Notes: a model not told the origin generated them from the letters alone. 64,000 bases of DNA from an uncultured Chloroflexia bacterium (GCA_963810095.1 CAWEMM010000014.1:264099-328098); one strand, 5' to 3'; counted from the stretch's first letter, positions 41,393 to 52,220 are shown. A program made the numbers and translations.

Positions 41393-43503
41393 GCGCCAAC
41401 TCCGCCGGCACGCGCGTCAGCCCTGCCGAACTGACTGGCCCCTGCCTGAACGCCTGCGCCCTGCGCGGGCTCGTGGCGGGACCCTGCATCCCTGGCGCGC
41501 AAATCGATCAAACCGGCATCGGCCAGGAGCTTGAAGTAGGCCAGGGTGTATTCGTCGGCCGGCCGGCCCAACTCGAGCCACGCCAGCTCGCCGATCTCTG
41601 CAACGCTGCGCGTCCCGTCCGACCAGTATTGCAGCACGGGCTCGTAGTCGTGCGCAATGGGTCCGAACGCCTCGCTGAGCGCCCAGAGCCGCGGCAGCAG
41701 CTCGGGGTGGTCCGCCTGGAGGCACATGGCAAGATCGATGGGGCCCGGCCCCGTGCGGCACGGCGTGAGTCCTGCCGCTTCGACATGCCATGCAGCAGGC
41801 GCTTCAGACTCGGCGGCCCCGGTATGGACCAGGCCGTCCAGCGTTGTCGTGGCCCACAGCGCTTCGGTGGCGGCTCGCTGCATGATCCGCTCGCGCCAGA
41901 TGTGCGATTTGCTCGCCGCCGCCGGATCAAGCTGGACCAGGCCGGCCAGGGACGCCACGGCGCGCTCGGCTCGGAAAGCGTTCAGCTTCTGATAACGGCG
42001 CCACACTGCGGCCCGTGCGTCTGCTGCGACCGAGCTGTGCACTGTTTCCACGACCTCGGCCGCTGCGTGGCCGGCCCAGCTGGTAAAACGTGAGACCATC
42101 AGATGGCCCAACCATTCGGCTTCGGGCGCACCTGCGGTGGCCAACCAGTACGCGTAGGTGGCGGCCAGGCTGCCGCTGCGCGCCAGGCTGTCAGGGCTCA
42201 CCTTCTCGGGCGTGTCTTCCGAGGTGTGATAGAACCGGTCGGGCCAGTGAATGATCATGGGCGAGGGGATGCCCACCGTCGGGTCGGCAAGGATATAGTG
42301 GTCGGACCCCGCGCTGAAGGGCGTCTCGGTGTGGCGGATGCCGCCCAGGTAGGGCTCGCGCAGCCAGCTGAGCAGGTGGTCGGCAAAGGATGCGCCGGCC
42401 AGCGGCAGCCCGACCAGCTCCCATTGGCCGCCCGTCATGTTCTGATCTGCGCCCACCATGTCGAGATTGAGGCCCGCGATGAAGTGCCGGGGCTCGCGCA
42501 GGACTGCGTCGGCGCACGTTCCCTCGGCATTGACGCTCTCGGAGAGGTAGGCGAAGGTGCCCGTCATTTCCGGGGGCCAGATGAAGCGGATGCCGCGGCG
42601 GGGCGTGGGCAGCCGGCCGTCTGAAATGAGGCGTGCCAGTGTGACCGCCGCTTCGAGCAGCGCGGCGGCGCCCGAGGCGTTGTCGTGGGCGCCGGGCTGG
42701 GGGTGACACAGGTGGCTCACCAGCAGGATTTCTTCGCCGTCGGCCATTTCGTCGCCGGGCAGGAGGGCCTCGACCACTTCGATCGCGCCCGCGTAGAACT
42801 CGCTGTCGATCGACGCGCGCACGCGCAGCGTCTCGCCCTTCTCCAGGCGCTGCCGAAGCGCCCGCCCTTGCCGGGGGCTGATCACAAAGCCCCAGGCATC
42901 CGGCTCGGTCTGCCCGGCCCACCAGAAGGAGGTGTACTGCAGCGCGTCCGGCAGGTCCAGCTCGCTGCGTCCCCCGGCCTGCATGCCGTCGAACAGGATG
43001 CCGGCCGCGCCCAGCTCGCGCAGCGCGACTGCGGCCACCCGCCCAATTGGCTTGCCCGTCAGGACGACCTTGCCCGCCACATCCAACCCTTCGTAGTCGG
43101 CCCGCTCGATACCGCCCTGCCCCCTCGGCACAACGACTTCGAACTCGCCCTCGACCGGAATGCTGCGCTGGATGAGACTGATGGGCGTGACGGCGAAATC
43201 GCACAGCAGGACGGGTGCGGGTGCGCCGGCCCCTTCGCCCGGCAGCAGGTGGAGCGTGGCCCCCTCGCACGACCACTCGAGAAAGCTGGGGGTGGACCAG
43301 AAGCGCGCCACGCCGTCGGCGGGATAGCCGAGCACGTTCACCTGGAGTCCCGCTTCTGAAAGCTGCTGCGCGACGTAATGCGCGGCCGCTCGATAGCCAG
43401 GGCTGGCCTGGATACGATGGAATCCGCTGAGTGCGGTCACGTGCCGGTGAGCCATCTCACCGCGATAGGCGGTGCGAATGAGGTCGCTATAAACGTAAGG
43501 CAT
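41389..43503 (-). CDS. M28-like aminopeptidase / DUF4910-type protein
   Basis: SHLCHP, GAHDNASG, PE, NLDMVG, GSDH, YHTSED. Confidence 0.8.
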   Translation of the reverse strand: MPYVYSDLIRTAYRGEMAHRHVTALSGFHRIQASPGYRAAAHYVAQQLSEAGLQVNVLGYPADGVARFWSTPSFLEWSCEGATLHLLPGEGAGAPAPVLLCDFAVTPISLIQRSIPVEGEFEVVVPRGQGGIERADYEGLDVAGKVVLTGKPIGRVAAVALRELGAAGILFDGMQAGGRSELDLPDALQYTSFWWAGQTEPDAWGFVISPRQGRALRQRLEKGETLRVRASIDSEFYAGAIEVVEALLPGDEMADGEEILLVSHLCHPQPGAHDNASGAAALLEAAVTLARLISDGRLPTPRRGIRFIWPPEMTGTFAYLSESVNAEGTCADAVLREPRHFIAGLNLDMVGADQNMTGGQWELVGLPLAGASFADHLLSWLREPYLGGIRHTETPFSAGSDHYILADPTVGIPSPMIIHWPDRFYHTSEDTPEKVSPDSLARSGSLAATYAYWLATAGAPEAEWLGHLMVSRFTSWAGHAAAEVVETVHSSVAADARAAVWRRYQKLNAFRAERAVASLAGLVQLDPAAASKSHIWRERIMQRAATEALWATTTLDGLVHTGAAESEAPAAWHVEAAGLTPCRTGPGPIDLAMCLQADHPELLPRLWALSEAFGPIAHDYEPVLQYWSDGTRSVAEIGELAWLELGRPADEYTLAYFKLLADAGLIDLRARDAGSRHEPAQGAGVQAGASQFGRADARAGGVGA

Positions 43504-43610
43504 CGGTTGGTCCCGGGGTGTGTATTTCGTAAAGACAAGTTATCATAACACAAGGGAGCGGCGCGCGTGAAATGGATTCTGCGTTGTCTGTTCGCCCAGT
43601 ATATGCTATT

Positions 43611-44240
43611 ATGGACGCCATGCTGACGAGTCATCTTCCCCCACGGCGCTTCCTGTGGCTCGTGGTCGCGCTGCTTATCCTCAGCGTGACTGCCTGCGCC
43701 GGCCCTCCGGCGGGCCAGCCGGCCGCGCCCGCATCGTCGGTGCAGGACCAATTGGCCCAACTGGCCGGCAGCGCCGAGCCCCGGCCCAGTATCATGCCGG
43801 GTGCGGCTGCTGCAAGCGCCACCGAGTCAGCCCAGGCCCGGCCGACGAAGCGGCCCGCCGCCCCGGCCGTCGCCTCGCCCAAACCCACGCGCCGCCCCAG
43901 CGCCACCACGGCCGTCCAGCCGACGAGAGCGCCGCGCGCCACCGTCACGCCCTCGGACGGCGGGCTGCCCACCATCGCACAGGCCAAGCTGCCGAAAGAG
44001 GCCCGTCAAACCATCCGGCTCATTCAACAGGGCGGGCCGTTCCCGTACCGGCAGGATGGCGCCACGTTTCAGAACCGGGAGGGTCTGCTGCCCAAGCGGC
44101 CCTCGGGCTACTATCGGGAGTACACGGTCATCACGCCGGGCTCGCCCGACCGGGGCGCTCGCCGCATCATTGGGGGCGATGGCGGGGAGTTGTACTACAC
44201 CGACGACCACTACGACTCCTTCAAGCGGGTGATCCCATGA
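43611..44240 (+). CDS. Lipoprotein guanyl-specific ribonuclease (RNase Sa/barnase family)
   Basis: Lipobox, F.NREG.LP, YYREYTV, RGARRI, YYTDDHY. Confidence 0.9.
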   Translation: MDAMLTSHLPPRRFLWLVVALLILSVTACAGPPAGQPAAPASSVQDQLAQLAGSAEPRPSIMPGAAAASATESAQARPTKRPAAPAVASPKPTRRPSATTAVQPTRAPRATVTPSDGGLPTIAQAKLPKEARQTIRLIQQGGPFPYRQDGATFQNREGLLPKRPSGYYREYTVITPGSPDRGARRIIGGDGGELYYTDDHYDSFKRVIP

Positions 44241-44722
44241 CCGAGACCCTGCAAGACCGCCTCGCGCCCGGCGCCGGGTCGGGCATCTACCGGTTTGGCG
44301 GCCGGGCCGGCGCGAAGACCCTCGCCCAGCTTGCCGAGGGTGCGGGTTGGCAGTTCCTGCACCTCGACGCCAGCGAAGCCGAGGACAAGCGGTCCTTCCT
44401 CCAGGCGTCGGCCCGCGGGCTGCAGTTTCCCGAGTGGGCGGGGCGTAACTGGGATGCGTTCGAGGAATTGGTGAACGATGTGTCGCGCCTGCCGCCCGCA
44501 CCTGGCTACCTGGTGTTGGTCGACGGCTTGAGCAAGTTCAGCCGCCATGCGCCGGGGGAAATGCGGACCGGGCTGGCCATCCTGGAGCAGGCGGTCGCCA
44601 ACCGGATCGAGGCGGGCGAGGCGCCCCTCGTCGTCCTGGTGCGGGGGGCCGGGGCCGCCGCTCGTCACCTGCCCGCCCTGACGCTGCGCGGGCCGGCCGA
44701 GACCCCGAAGGTCTCCCGGTAG
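44237..44722 (+). CDS. Barstar-family RNase inhibitor
   Basis: LQFPEWAGRNWDAF; ATGA overlap with the RNase gene. Confidence 0.87.
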   Translation: MTETLQDRLAPGAGSGIYRFGGRAGAKTLAQLAEGAGWQFLHLDASEAEDKRSFLQASARGLQFPEWAGRNWDAFEELVNDVSRLPPAPGYLVLVDGLSKFSRHAPGEMRTGLAILEQAVANRIEAGEAPLVVLVRGAGAAARHLPALTLRGPAETPKVSR

Positions 44723-44757
44723 CAGTTTCACGATGCGATTCGTTCAGGTACAGGTAC

Positions 44758-44917
44758 ACTGATTCTGTCGGGTCGCATCCTTCGACTGCACACCCTTCCT
44801 ACGGAAGGCTGCTCCGCTCAGGATGCTTCAAGCGCAGGCATCCTGAGCGGAGGCGCCAGCGCAGCTGGTGTGCCGCAGTCGAAGGGTGCCGAGCGTCATG
44901 GTTCAACAGATCTGCTG
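44758..44917. repeat. REP/MITE-like element, second copy
   Basis: Same flanks and arms as 21681-21838 with different internal hairpins. Confidence 0.75.
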
Positions 44918-44938
44918 TGCTTGTGCTTAGGGAGCAAC

Positions 44939-46957
44939 ATGATGCGTAGACTCCTTGCGTTGCTGATCGTCATGCTCGTCGTCCTCGCCGCCGGCTGCAC
45001 GCCGCCGCCGACAACGGTCGGGCCCCCGGCAACGTCGCCGGCTGCTCCGCCACAGGTGGCGGCGACCGGCGCGCCCATTGCCGCCGTGACCGACAGCCGG
45101 GGGGCCGCAGGGGGCGAGACGACGTCAGAAGTCACGCCCGCAGCCGCCGCCAGTCCCGCGCCCCTGGTCGACGACCGAACGAAGCCCGTCCTGTCCATCA
45201 CGGTCGACCCGCCCGAGATCGACTGGGACAGCCAGGCGATCGTCACCGTTCGTGCGAGCGACCCGGCGGGGATCAAGGAGATCGCCGTGCTGCTGGGCGA
45301 CCAGGTGCTGGCGACCGGGGAGGGCGAGGAACTGAGTTTCGATTTCATCCCCGGCGCGATCGACGGGCTGACCGGCGCGACCTCGTATAACCTGCTCGCC
45401 CGGGCGACCGACGTGGGGGGCAACAGCGCCGAGGCGAGCGCAGCCATCAAGGTGGGCCCCGAGCCAACCGGCACGCCTCCGGCGGCCGCACCGGCCGCAG
45501 CCGCTACCGCACCGCCGGCCGCAGCCGCTACCGCCCCGGCTCAGACGTCCGGCGCGACGCCGGCCGTCGCCGGCACGGATGTGATTACGTCGACGGCTCG
45601 TGGCACGACCAGCTACCGGGTGACCGAGATCCAGCTCCCAACCTACCCGTACGCGAAGTACCTCCGGCCCACCACTGACCCGGACCGGGCCGATTACCCC
45701 TTGTACAGCTTCGATCGCTCGGCCTACACTGCCGGCAATCCACAGCCGGCCATGCAGTCCTACCGCCTGCTGGTGCTCGAGAATCGCTACCTGCGGCTCG
45801 GCATCCTGCCCGACCTGGGCGGCCGCATCTATGAGTGTGTCTTCAAGCCGACCGGGTCGAACGAGTTCTACTCGAACACGGTCATCAAGCCGACGGAGTG
45901 GGGCCCGGGCTCGCCGCCTTACCCCGCGGGCGCAAACTGGTGGCCGGCAGCGGGCGGGCTGGAGTGGGGCTTCCCGGTGGAGGAACACGGCTACGAGTTC
46001 GGCACGGTCTGGGGGTTCGACCACGCCACGCTGGACGATGGCGGCGTGATGATTACGGTCTTCACCAAGACCGGCCCGCAGAGTCCCTATGCCGTGGTCG
46101 ACATCATCCTCCCGCCCGACACCGCCTACTTTGTGGTGCAGCCACGGGTTGTCAATCCGCTCGGCGGGCCGTTCAAGTTCAAGTTCTGGGAGAATGCCAT
46201 GCTGGCGCCGGGCAAGGCGAACAGCGTCTCGCCCGACTTGCGCCTGCTCTTGCCCGCGAGCCAGGTCACGATCCACAGCACGGGTGATGCGACCCTGCCT
46301 CAGAGCGGGCAAACGGCTTCGTGGCCCGTCATCGCCGGTCGCGATCTTTCGCGGCTGGGCAACTGGTCGGACTACCTCGGCGTCTTTGCCACGCCCGTCA
46401 CGGCAACCTCGGCGACCGGCGCCTTTGCAGCCGTCTACGATCCGGGGGCCGACGAGGGCATGGTCCGGGTCTTCCCGCCCGACGTGGCGAAGGGCGTCAA
46501 GCTGTTCGCACCCCGTGGCTCGGATGGTCTCGACCCGGCGCTGTGGACCGACGACGGCTCGTCCTACGTCGAGCTGCACGGCGGATTCCAGCCGACCTTT
46601 GCCGACTGGTCCGAGCTGGGGCCGGGCGAAGAGGCGACGTGGAGCGAGTACTGGTACCCGGTCGCGAAGATCGGCGGCCTGACCTTCGCCAACGACCGGG
46701 CCGCCCTGGCGCTGACGCCGAGCGCGGGGGGCGTGCGGCTGGGCCTCTTCCCGACCAGTGCGCTGAGCGGCCGCCTGACCGTCACGCTGCCGGGCGCCGC
46801 GCCGGCCACGTTCGACGTGGCGCTCAGCCCGAGCCAGCCGCTGGTGCGTGAGCTGCCGTGGAATGCGGGGGCGGACCAGCAGGGCCAGGTGAGCGTCAGC
46901 CTCGATGCCGGCGGCGAGACCGTGTTTGAGTGGCAGGGGGTCGCACAACTGCGATAG
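44939..46957 (+). CDS. Lipoprotein with DUF5107-like domain
   Basis: Lipobox AAGC; LENRYL..ILPDLGGRI, GGLEWGFP. Confidence 0.75.
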   Translation: MMRRLLALLIVMLVVLAAGCTPPPTTVGPPATSPAAPPQVAATGAPIAAVTDSRGAAGGETTSEVTPAAAASPAPLVDDRTKPVLSITVDPPEIDWDSQAIVTVRASDPAGIKEIAVLLGDQVLATGEGEELSFDFIPGAIDGLTGATSYNLLARATDVGGNSAEASAAIKVGPEPTGTPPAAAPAAAATAPPAAAATAPAQTSGATPAVAGTDVITSTARGTTSYRVTEIQLPTYPYAKYLRPTTDPDRADYPLYSFDRSAYTAGNPQPAMQSYRLLVLENRYLRLGILPDLGGRIYECVFKPTGSNEFYSNTVIKPTEWGPGSPPYPAGANWWPAAGGLEWGFPVEEHGYEFGTVWGFDHATLDDGGVMITVFTKTGPQSPYAVVDIILPPDTAYFVVQPRVVNPLGGPFKFKFWENAMLAPGKANSVSPDLRLLLPASQVTIHSTGDATLPQSGQTASWPVIAGRDLSRLGNWSDYLGVFATPVTATSATGAFAAVYDPGADEGMVRVFPPDVAKGVKLFAPRGSDGLDPALWTDDGSSYVELHGGFQPTFADWSELGPGEEATWSEYWYPVAKIGGLTFANDRAALALTPSAGGVRLGLFPTSALSGRLTVTLPGAAPATFDVALSPSQPLVRELPWNAGADQQGQVSVSLDAGGETVFEWQGVAQLR

Positions 46958-46990
46958 GCCGCGTTTCAGAGTGGGGGCAAGGTCAGCGGA

Positions 46991-47113
46991 GCATCCTGAG
47001 CGGAGCGGAGTGAAACGTAGCGCAGTCGAAGGATGCGGAGCGGCTTTGCGCTGCGAGGGCCGCATCCTTCGACTGCGGCAGGCCAGCTGCGCTGGCGCCT
47101 CCGCTCAGGATGC
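46991..47113. repeat. REP-like doublet (CATCCTGAGCG...TCGAAGGATG family)
   Basis: Two inverted units upstream of tRNA-Pro. Confidence 0.78.
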
Positions 47114-47215
47114 TTTCGCCCCCAAACTGAAACGCACAACTGCGATAGGCTCAGTTGCGGTACGGCGAGGCTTCGAGTATACTCTGCCGTGCCGTGTGCG
47201 TAACTGCACAGGCTC

Positions 47216-47290
47216 CGGGGCGTAGCGCAGCCAGGTTAGCGCGCTTGATTTGGGTTCAAGAGGTCGGGAGTTCGAATCTCCCCGCCCCGA
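47216..47290 (+). tRNA. tRNA-Pro(TGG)
   Basis: CGGGGCG acceptor, CTTGA-TTTGGGT-TCAAG anticodon arm, GTTCGAATC T-loop; no encoded CCA. Confidence 0.95.
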
Positions 47291-47343
47291 TGTGCAGCGG
47301 GCCGGTTCATTCGTGAGCCGGCCCGCTGGCATTTAACCGGCCC

Positions 47344-49701
47344 CTACCGGACCACGACGTCCTGCAGGTAGATCGCGCCATCCTCGGACCGGGCGGCCGT
47401 CCCCGAAACGGGCAGACGTGCGCCGTTGCGCCCGTTCAGCCCCACCCACAACTGGGCGGGACCGGCCGGCATGTTGAGCGGGATGTCGAGCTTGTGGACG
47501 TCTTCCACGGTATCGCCCGGCTCCCACGCGCTCGCCGGCCAGCTCCCGTTTCTCGGCGCGCCCACCTCGATAATGCGGAGCTGCCCGTCCGCCGCTCGCA
47601 GCTCGAGCACGATGTTGGCGTCCTCGGCGATTTGCGAGGGGGCCTGCCAGTACAGCGTGATCTGCAGCGGCTGACCTCGCTCGGCGCGCTCGGCGGGGGT
47701 CAAAGTGTATCCCAACAGCTGGATCTGATTGCCGAAGGTGGCGGCCAGCGGACTCGCCGGCCGGGCAGCCAGGGGCCGGGCGGGCAGCAGCCGCAGCGAG
47801 CCGAGCGAAGCCGTCGCGACATCTCCGTTGGCCCCGCGCCCTGCCAGTCGCTCGCCGGTATCGAGCCGGTAGAAGCCCGCCACCAGGGGCAGCAGCGCCG
47901 GTGCGATGGCCTCCGTGCTCTCGGGAATGGCGAGCTCGTGGGTGTCGGCCACCACCTGGCCGGGCTGCCACAGGCGTGTGGGATAGGCGCCCTGGTTGGG
48001 CCAGCTGTCGTCTTGCGCCACCGGCCGCCCGTTCGGCCCGATCGCTTGCACGAAGACCGAGTAGTCCTTGTCGAATTGCCCCTCGGCCGCCCAGTAAAGG
48101 GTGGTCTTCAGGACGTCGCCCGGCCGGGCCGGCTGCGGTTCGAACTCGCCCCCCAGGAACCTTGCGTAGGGGCCGTACTGGACCGGGTCACCCCGGGCCG
48201 CCGCAGGAACTATGCCGGTTTCGAGCACTTGAGGTTTGGGGTAGGCCGGGCTGATGATCGCAAAGGGCGCCAGCACTGCCCATGCAGCCAGCAAGGCCAG
48301 CGGCGCAGCCCCGAACAGAACCCCCGCCGTGTGTTCGGCGACCGCCGTTTGATCGGCGGGTGCTGTGCCTGGCGGGTGGCGTCAGATGCCGCACGAGCCG
48401 CCCGGCCTGGCTCACCAGCCCCGCCCACCCCAGCACCAGAAACAGGTTGACCGCCCAGGCGGCGGGCATGACCAACCGGCCTTGCAAGGCGGGCAGGATC
48501 AGGTCGTAGCGCAGCAGGGCCAGCAGCACCAGCCCGAGCCATGCAGCAGGCACGACCAGCCACGGCAGGTCGGCCCGGCGCAAGCCCACCCCCCATCGCC
48601 CGGCCCGCCGGGGGGCCAGTGCGAAGGGCAGCCCCACCAGTGCCAGGACCGTGAGCACGTCGGCGATCCGGTAGGCCCACAACGGGGACGGCACGTTGAA
48701 CCAGCCGAACATGCCCCAGTAGGAAAAGCGGAGCCCTTGCAGCTCGCCGCCCAGCTCGCCGAGTGTCAAGGGCGACGTGCGGGTGGGCATGATCGCCGTG
48801 ATCGAGCCGACGCCCGACAGGTCGCCGTAGAGGCGCCAACTGCGGAGATACCACCAGCCCGCCACCAGCCCCGCCACGGCGAAAATGACCACGAGATCGA
48901 GCAGGGCGCGGCGGAGCGTCTTGCGCCGCCAGGCCACGATCAGGATGACGAGGCCCGCCAGCGGCCACAGCAGCAGCCCGCTCACCTTTGACAGCCCGAC
49001 CAGACCCAGGGCGAGGCCGAGGAGGACCGTCCAGCCGCGGGGCGCGGCCCCCGCAGGCCCCGCAGCAGCACCCAGGCGGCCAGCGCAGCCGTCATGTTGA
49101 TCATGTTGTCGTTCGTGACCGAGGCGCTGGTGAAGAGGAACTGGGGGGTGAAGGCGGTCAGTGCGGCCATCGCCAGCGCGATGCGGGGGGATGCGGGCAC
49201 CAGGGTCCGGCCGAGCGCGTAGACCAGGGCCACGGTGAGGGCACCCAGAACGGTGGAGAACAGCCGGGCCAGGTGGACCGCCAGCGGGGTGCCCGCAAAC
49301 GGCCACTGCTCGCGCTCGGTGTGGACGATCTGGTTCTTGTTCCCCAGCGACCCCGGAAAGCCCGTCTGTGCGTGCACGTTGGTCCACAGGAGCGACTCGG
49401 CATCAGACGTGTCGACGGGTGCGATGAGCGCCGCAGTGAGGAGGTAGTACAGCGGCGGCTGCGAGGCTTCCTGCGCCCAGGGTTGCGAGGGGTCGGGCGG
49501 GGCAAAGCCGGAGCCCTGCGCGAGGTGGCGGGCGGTGAAGAAGTGCGGCAGCTCGTCGGGCGCCTCGAAGACCGGGTTAACGGCCCCATAGGTGAGGGCC
49601 AGGACGAGAAAGGCCAGCAGGATGCCGGCCAGGCCGGTTGTGGCTTTATGCAGGGGCAGGGCGCGCATGCGCCGGTCATCACCGTAACTCGTGCTCGACA
49701 T
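47344..49701 (-). CDS. Membrane glycosyltransferase, ArnT/GT39-like (frameshifted)
   Basis: FEAPDE..H, QPPLYY, SVTND; C-terminal extracellular domains. Confidence 0.78.
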
Positions 49702-49742
49702 TGCGCCGTATCGTACAATGACCGGCCGCAAAGGCCAAGAGC

Positions 49743-51112
49743 GAGAGTGTTGGATAACGTGGCAGAGGAAGGGCAAAGGCACCCTGTCGCGGCGAAGGTA
49801 GCGGTTTCAGGAGTGCTGAAGGTCGTTACGGGTGCAAAAGAGGGCGCTCGGAGGTGCGTGTGAGGCTGGCCGGGCGGTCAGTAGGCGCGCCAAAGCCAAG
49901 GGGTTAGCTGGCGCGGACGGGGGCCAGACGCTGCGTGGGGCGCAAGCGTACGCCGGTCAGCAGCGTGACGATGCGCTTCAAGTTCAGCACCAGGGCCGTC
50001 AGCTGGGCTTGTAACCCATAGCGCCGCAGGCCGAGGTAGCGGCAGCGGCCAAAGCCGTGCCAGCGTTTGGCCTCGCCAAACTTGCGCTCAATCTTGTAGC
50101 GCTCGGCGTGTCCGGCGTGGTATTCCGGCGAGTCCTTGAGCTGCTGCCAGGCGTCCCGGTGTTCGTTACGCGCCGCCGTGCGGTAGTCATTCAGGGTCAG
50201 CGCCGAATGCTTGCCTTGGGCCGCAAGTTGATAATGCAGCTCGGTGTCATCGTAGGCCTTGTCGCCCGCATAGATCTCGGCCGTCACGCCCACTTCGGCA
50301 TCGTGGGCCAGCAGCTGCGGCACCTGCTTGTTGTCCGCCGCACTGCCCGGCGTGGGCGCCAGGGAGGTGATCAGGCCCGTCTCGGCGTTGACACTGACAT
50401 GGCTTTTGTAACCCAGGTACTGCACGTCCTGCATGCTGATCTTGCCATCGGGACCGGTCTTGCGGCGCTTGCCTTTCTTGACCCACTGGGCTTGCTTATC
50501 CCGCGGTGGCCGGCCCTGCGCCTGGCGTTGTCGGTCGGCGTCGTTGTCGACGTCCGCCACCGTGTGCACGCTGTCGACGACCTGAATCTGGCCCAGGCGA
50601 ATCCCGGCGGCCTGCGCCTGGCGCAGCACGCTATCGCCGATGGCCTGCAACTGCTGCCAGCCGTTGGCTTCGCGCAGCCGCCGGTTGAACTCGCTGAGCG
50701 TACTGTGATCCGGCGCCAGTTCGTCCACCGCCAGCCCGACGAACTCTTTGATCGCCAGGTTGAGGTTGGTCGCCTCCTCCACCTGCCGCTCCGAGAAGCG
50801 GTACAGATAGGCGATCACCAGCATTTTCAGGATCGTGACCGGCGGATACGGCGGCCGCCCGGCTTCCGCCAAGCCCTTGTACGCCGGCAGGAGGATCTCC
50901 GTAAAGCTGTCCCAGTCGATGACGCGGTTCAACTGCACCAGAAAATGGTCCCGGGGCACCACCCGCTCGCAAATCGGCGCACCAAAGAACGAACCTAAAC
51001 CTAACGGCTTGAAGTGCTTCTCGGCCATCATTACCCCCTGTCGGCTGCGATGACCTCATTGTAAGCACTTCCCAAAATCGCGCGAGTTTTCGGGGAGTTA
51101 TCCAACACTCTC
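49743..51112 (-). mobile_element. IS5/IS1182-like insertion sequence (1370 bp)
   Basis: Perfect 16-bp TIR GAGAGTGTTGGATAAC; 9-bp TSD GCCAAGAGC at 49734-49742 and 51113-51121. Confidence 0.95.
49904..51031 (-). CDS. DDE transposase (IS5/IS1182 type)
   Basis: GRPPY, PDHSTL, VDS, GYKSH, GDKAYD, R..IERKF. Confidence 0.95.
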   Translation of the reverse strand: MMAEKHFKPLGLGSFFGAPICERVVPRDHFLVQLNRVIDWDSFTEILLPAYKGLAEAGRPPYPPVTILKMLVIAYLYRFSERQVEEATNLNLAIKEFVGLAVDELAPDHSTLSEFNRRLREANGWQQLQAIGDSVLRQAQAAGIRLGQIQVVDSVHTVADVDNDADRQRQAQGRPPRDKQAQWVKKGKRRKTGPDGKISMQDVQYLGYKSHVSVNAETGLITSLAPTPGSAADNKQVPQLLAHDAEVGVTAEIYAGDKAYDDTELHYQLAAQGKHSALTLNDYRTAARNEHRDAWQQLKDSPEYHAGHAERYKIERKFGEAKRWHGFGRCRYLGLRRYGLQAQLTALVLNLKRIVTLLTGVRLRPTQRLAPVRAS

Positions 51113-51126
51113 GCCAAGAGCGGCAA

Positions 51127-51155
51127 TTGACAAGGTCCGGCGGTGCGGGTAGACT
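51127..51155 (+). promoter_or_regulatory. sigma70-type tRNA promoter
   Basis: TTGACA-N17-TAGACT, 10 bp before the tRNA-Gly fragment. Confidence 0.8.
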
Positions 51156-51165
51156 AGGTGCCGGT

Positions 51166-51205
51166 GCGGGTGTAGCTCAGGGGTAGAGCGTCTGCCTTCC
51201 AAGCA
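51166..51205 (+). pseudogene. 5' half of tRNA-Gly(TCC); probable prophage attachment junction
   Basis: GCGGGTGTAGCTCAGGGGTAGAGCGTCTGCCTTCCAAGCA, then loss of tRNA structure with no T-arm. Confidence 0.85.
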
Positions 51206-51317
51206 CCCTAGACAGACCGACAACCCTTGTATAACCTTTGTAGTACGACATCTAGTGTCTCCGCAACTGTTACCCCACTAGATATGGGCGTTGGGGCTAC
51301 CGAAAGGGAGCCTGCCC

Positions 51318-52220
51318 ATGTCGACTGAGCGTCTACTCTCTGACAAATTGGCCCTTGCAATCGAAACCTTCTACACGGCGAAAGAGGGTGAGCGGATCGC
51401 GGCGCGCACCCTTGAGACATACCGCCGTGCGGTCGGCATGTTCGAGACGTGGTTGCGCGAGCGGGCATAACCCAGCCGGAGCGCATCACGCCCGCCCATG
51501 TGCGGCAGTACTTCGCCGAACTGGGCAAGCGGGGCTACTCGTCCTCCAGCGTCCACGACTACGCCCGCCCGGTGAAAACGTTCGTCCGGTTCCTTCACGC
51601 CGACGATATCCTGCCTGTCGACGTCATGGCGCGGGTGAAGATGCCACGGGTCGACAAGCGCATCCTCCCCGCGTTCACCCCGGACGAAGTCCGGGCGGTC
51701 CTCAAAGCCTGCAATACCCAGCGGGATACTGCGCTGTGCCTGTTCCTGCTCGACACCGGGCTGCGTGCCTCCGAACTGTGTGTCCTCAAGATGCGCGACT
51801 ACAACCCCAAGACCGGGGCGGTCATGGTGCGGCTGGGAAAGGGGGGCAAGGATCGGGTTGTTTACGCCGGAGCCAAGAGCCCGGCGGGCGATCCTGCGCT
51901 ACATGATGACCCGTGACAATCCCGCCGACGACGCGCCGCTGTTCCCGTCCGTGCGGGGACAAGACCAGCACCTTACCGCCAGTGGGCTACTGATTGCGTT
52001 GACAAAGATCGGCAAGCGGGCGAAAGTGGAGCACTGTCATCCGCACACGTTCCGGCGCACGTTTGCGTTGTTCTCGTTGCGGTCGGGGATGGACGTCATG
52101 CGGCTGGCCGCACTCATGGGGCATTCGGAACTGGGCGTCCTGCGGCAGTATCTCGACTTCAACCTTGACGACCTTGAGGACGCGCACGCGGAGCACGGGG
52201 CGGTCGACAACATGATCTAG
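51318..52220 (+). CDS. Tyrosine integrase/recombinase (two frameshifts)
   Basis: DTGLRASEL, GKGGKDR, HPHTFRR, LMGHS..Y catalytic residues. Confidence 0.92.

Noticed and set aside
45480-45540. CCGGCCGCAGCCGCTACCGC duplication
   Set aside because: An Ala/Pro/Thr linker in a lipoprotein.
45125-47065. Long antisense ORFs (e.g. 646 aa here, 13928-15547, 32104-33621)
   Set aside because: Shadow ORFs of high-GC genes with no recognisable motifs.
1-51000. Frameshifted host genes as pseudogenes or programmed frameshifts
   Set aside because: Scattered 1-2 nt indels without slippery sites or stop accumulation; probably sequencing error.
51166-51320. Group I intron in tRNA-Gly
   Set aside because: No 3' exon or intron core is visible, and an integrase follows directly.
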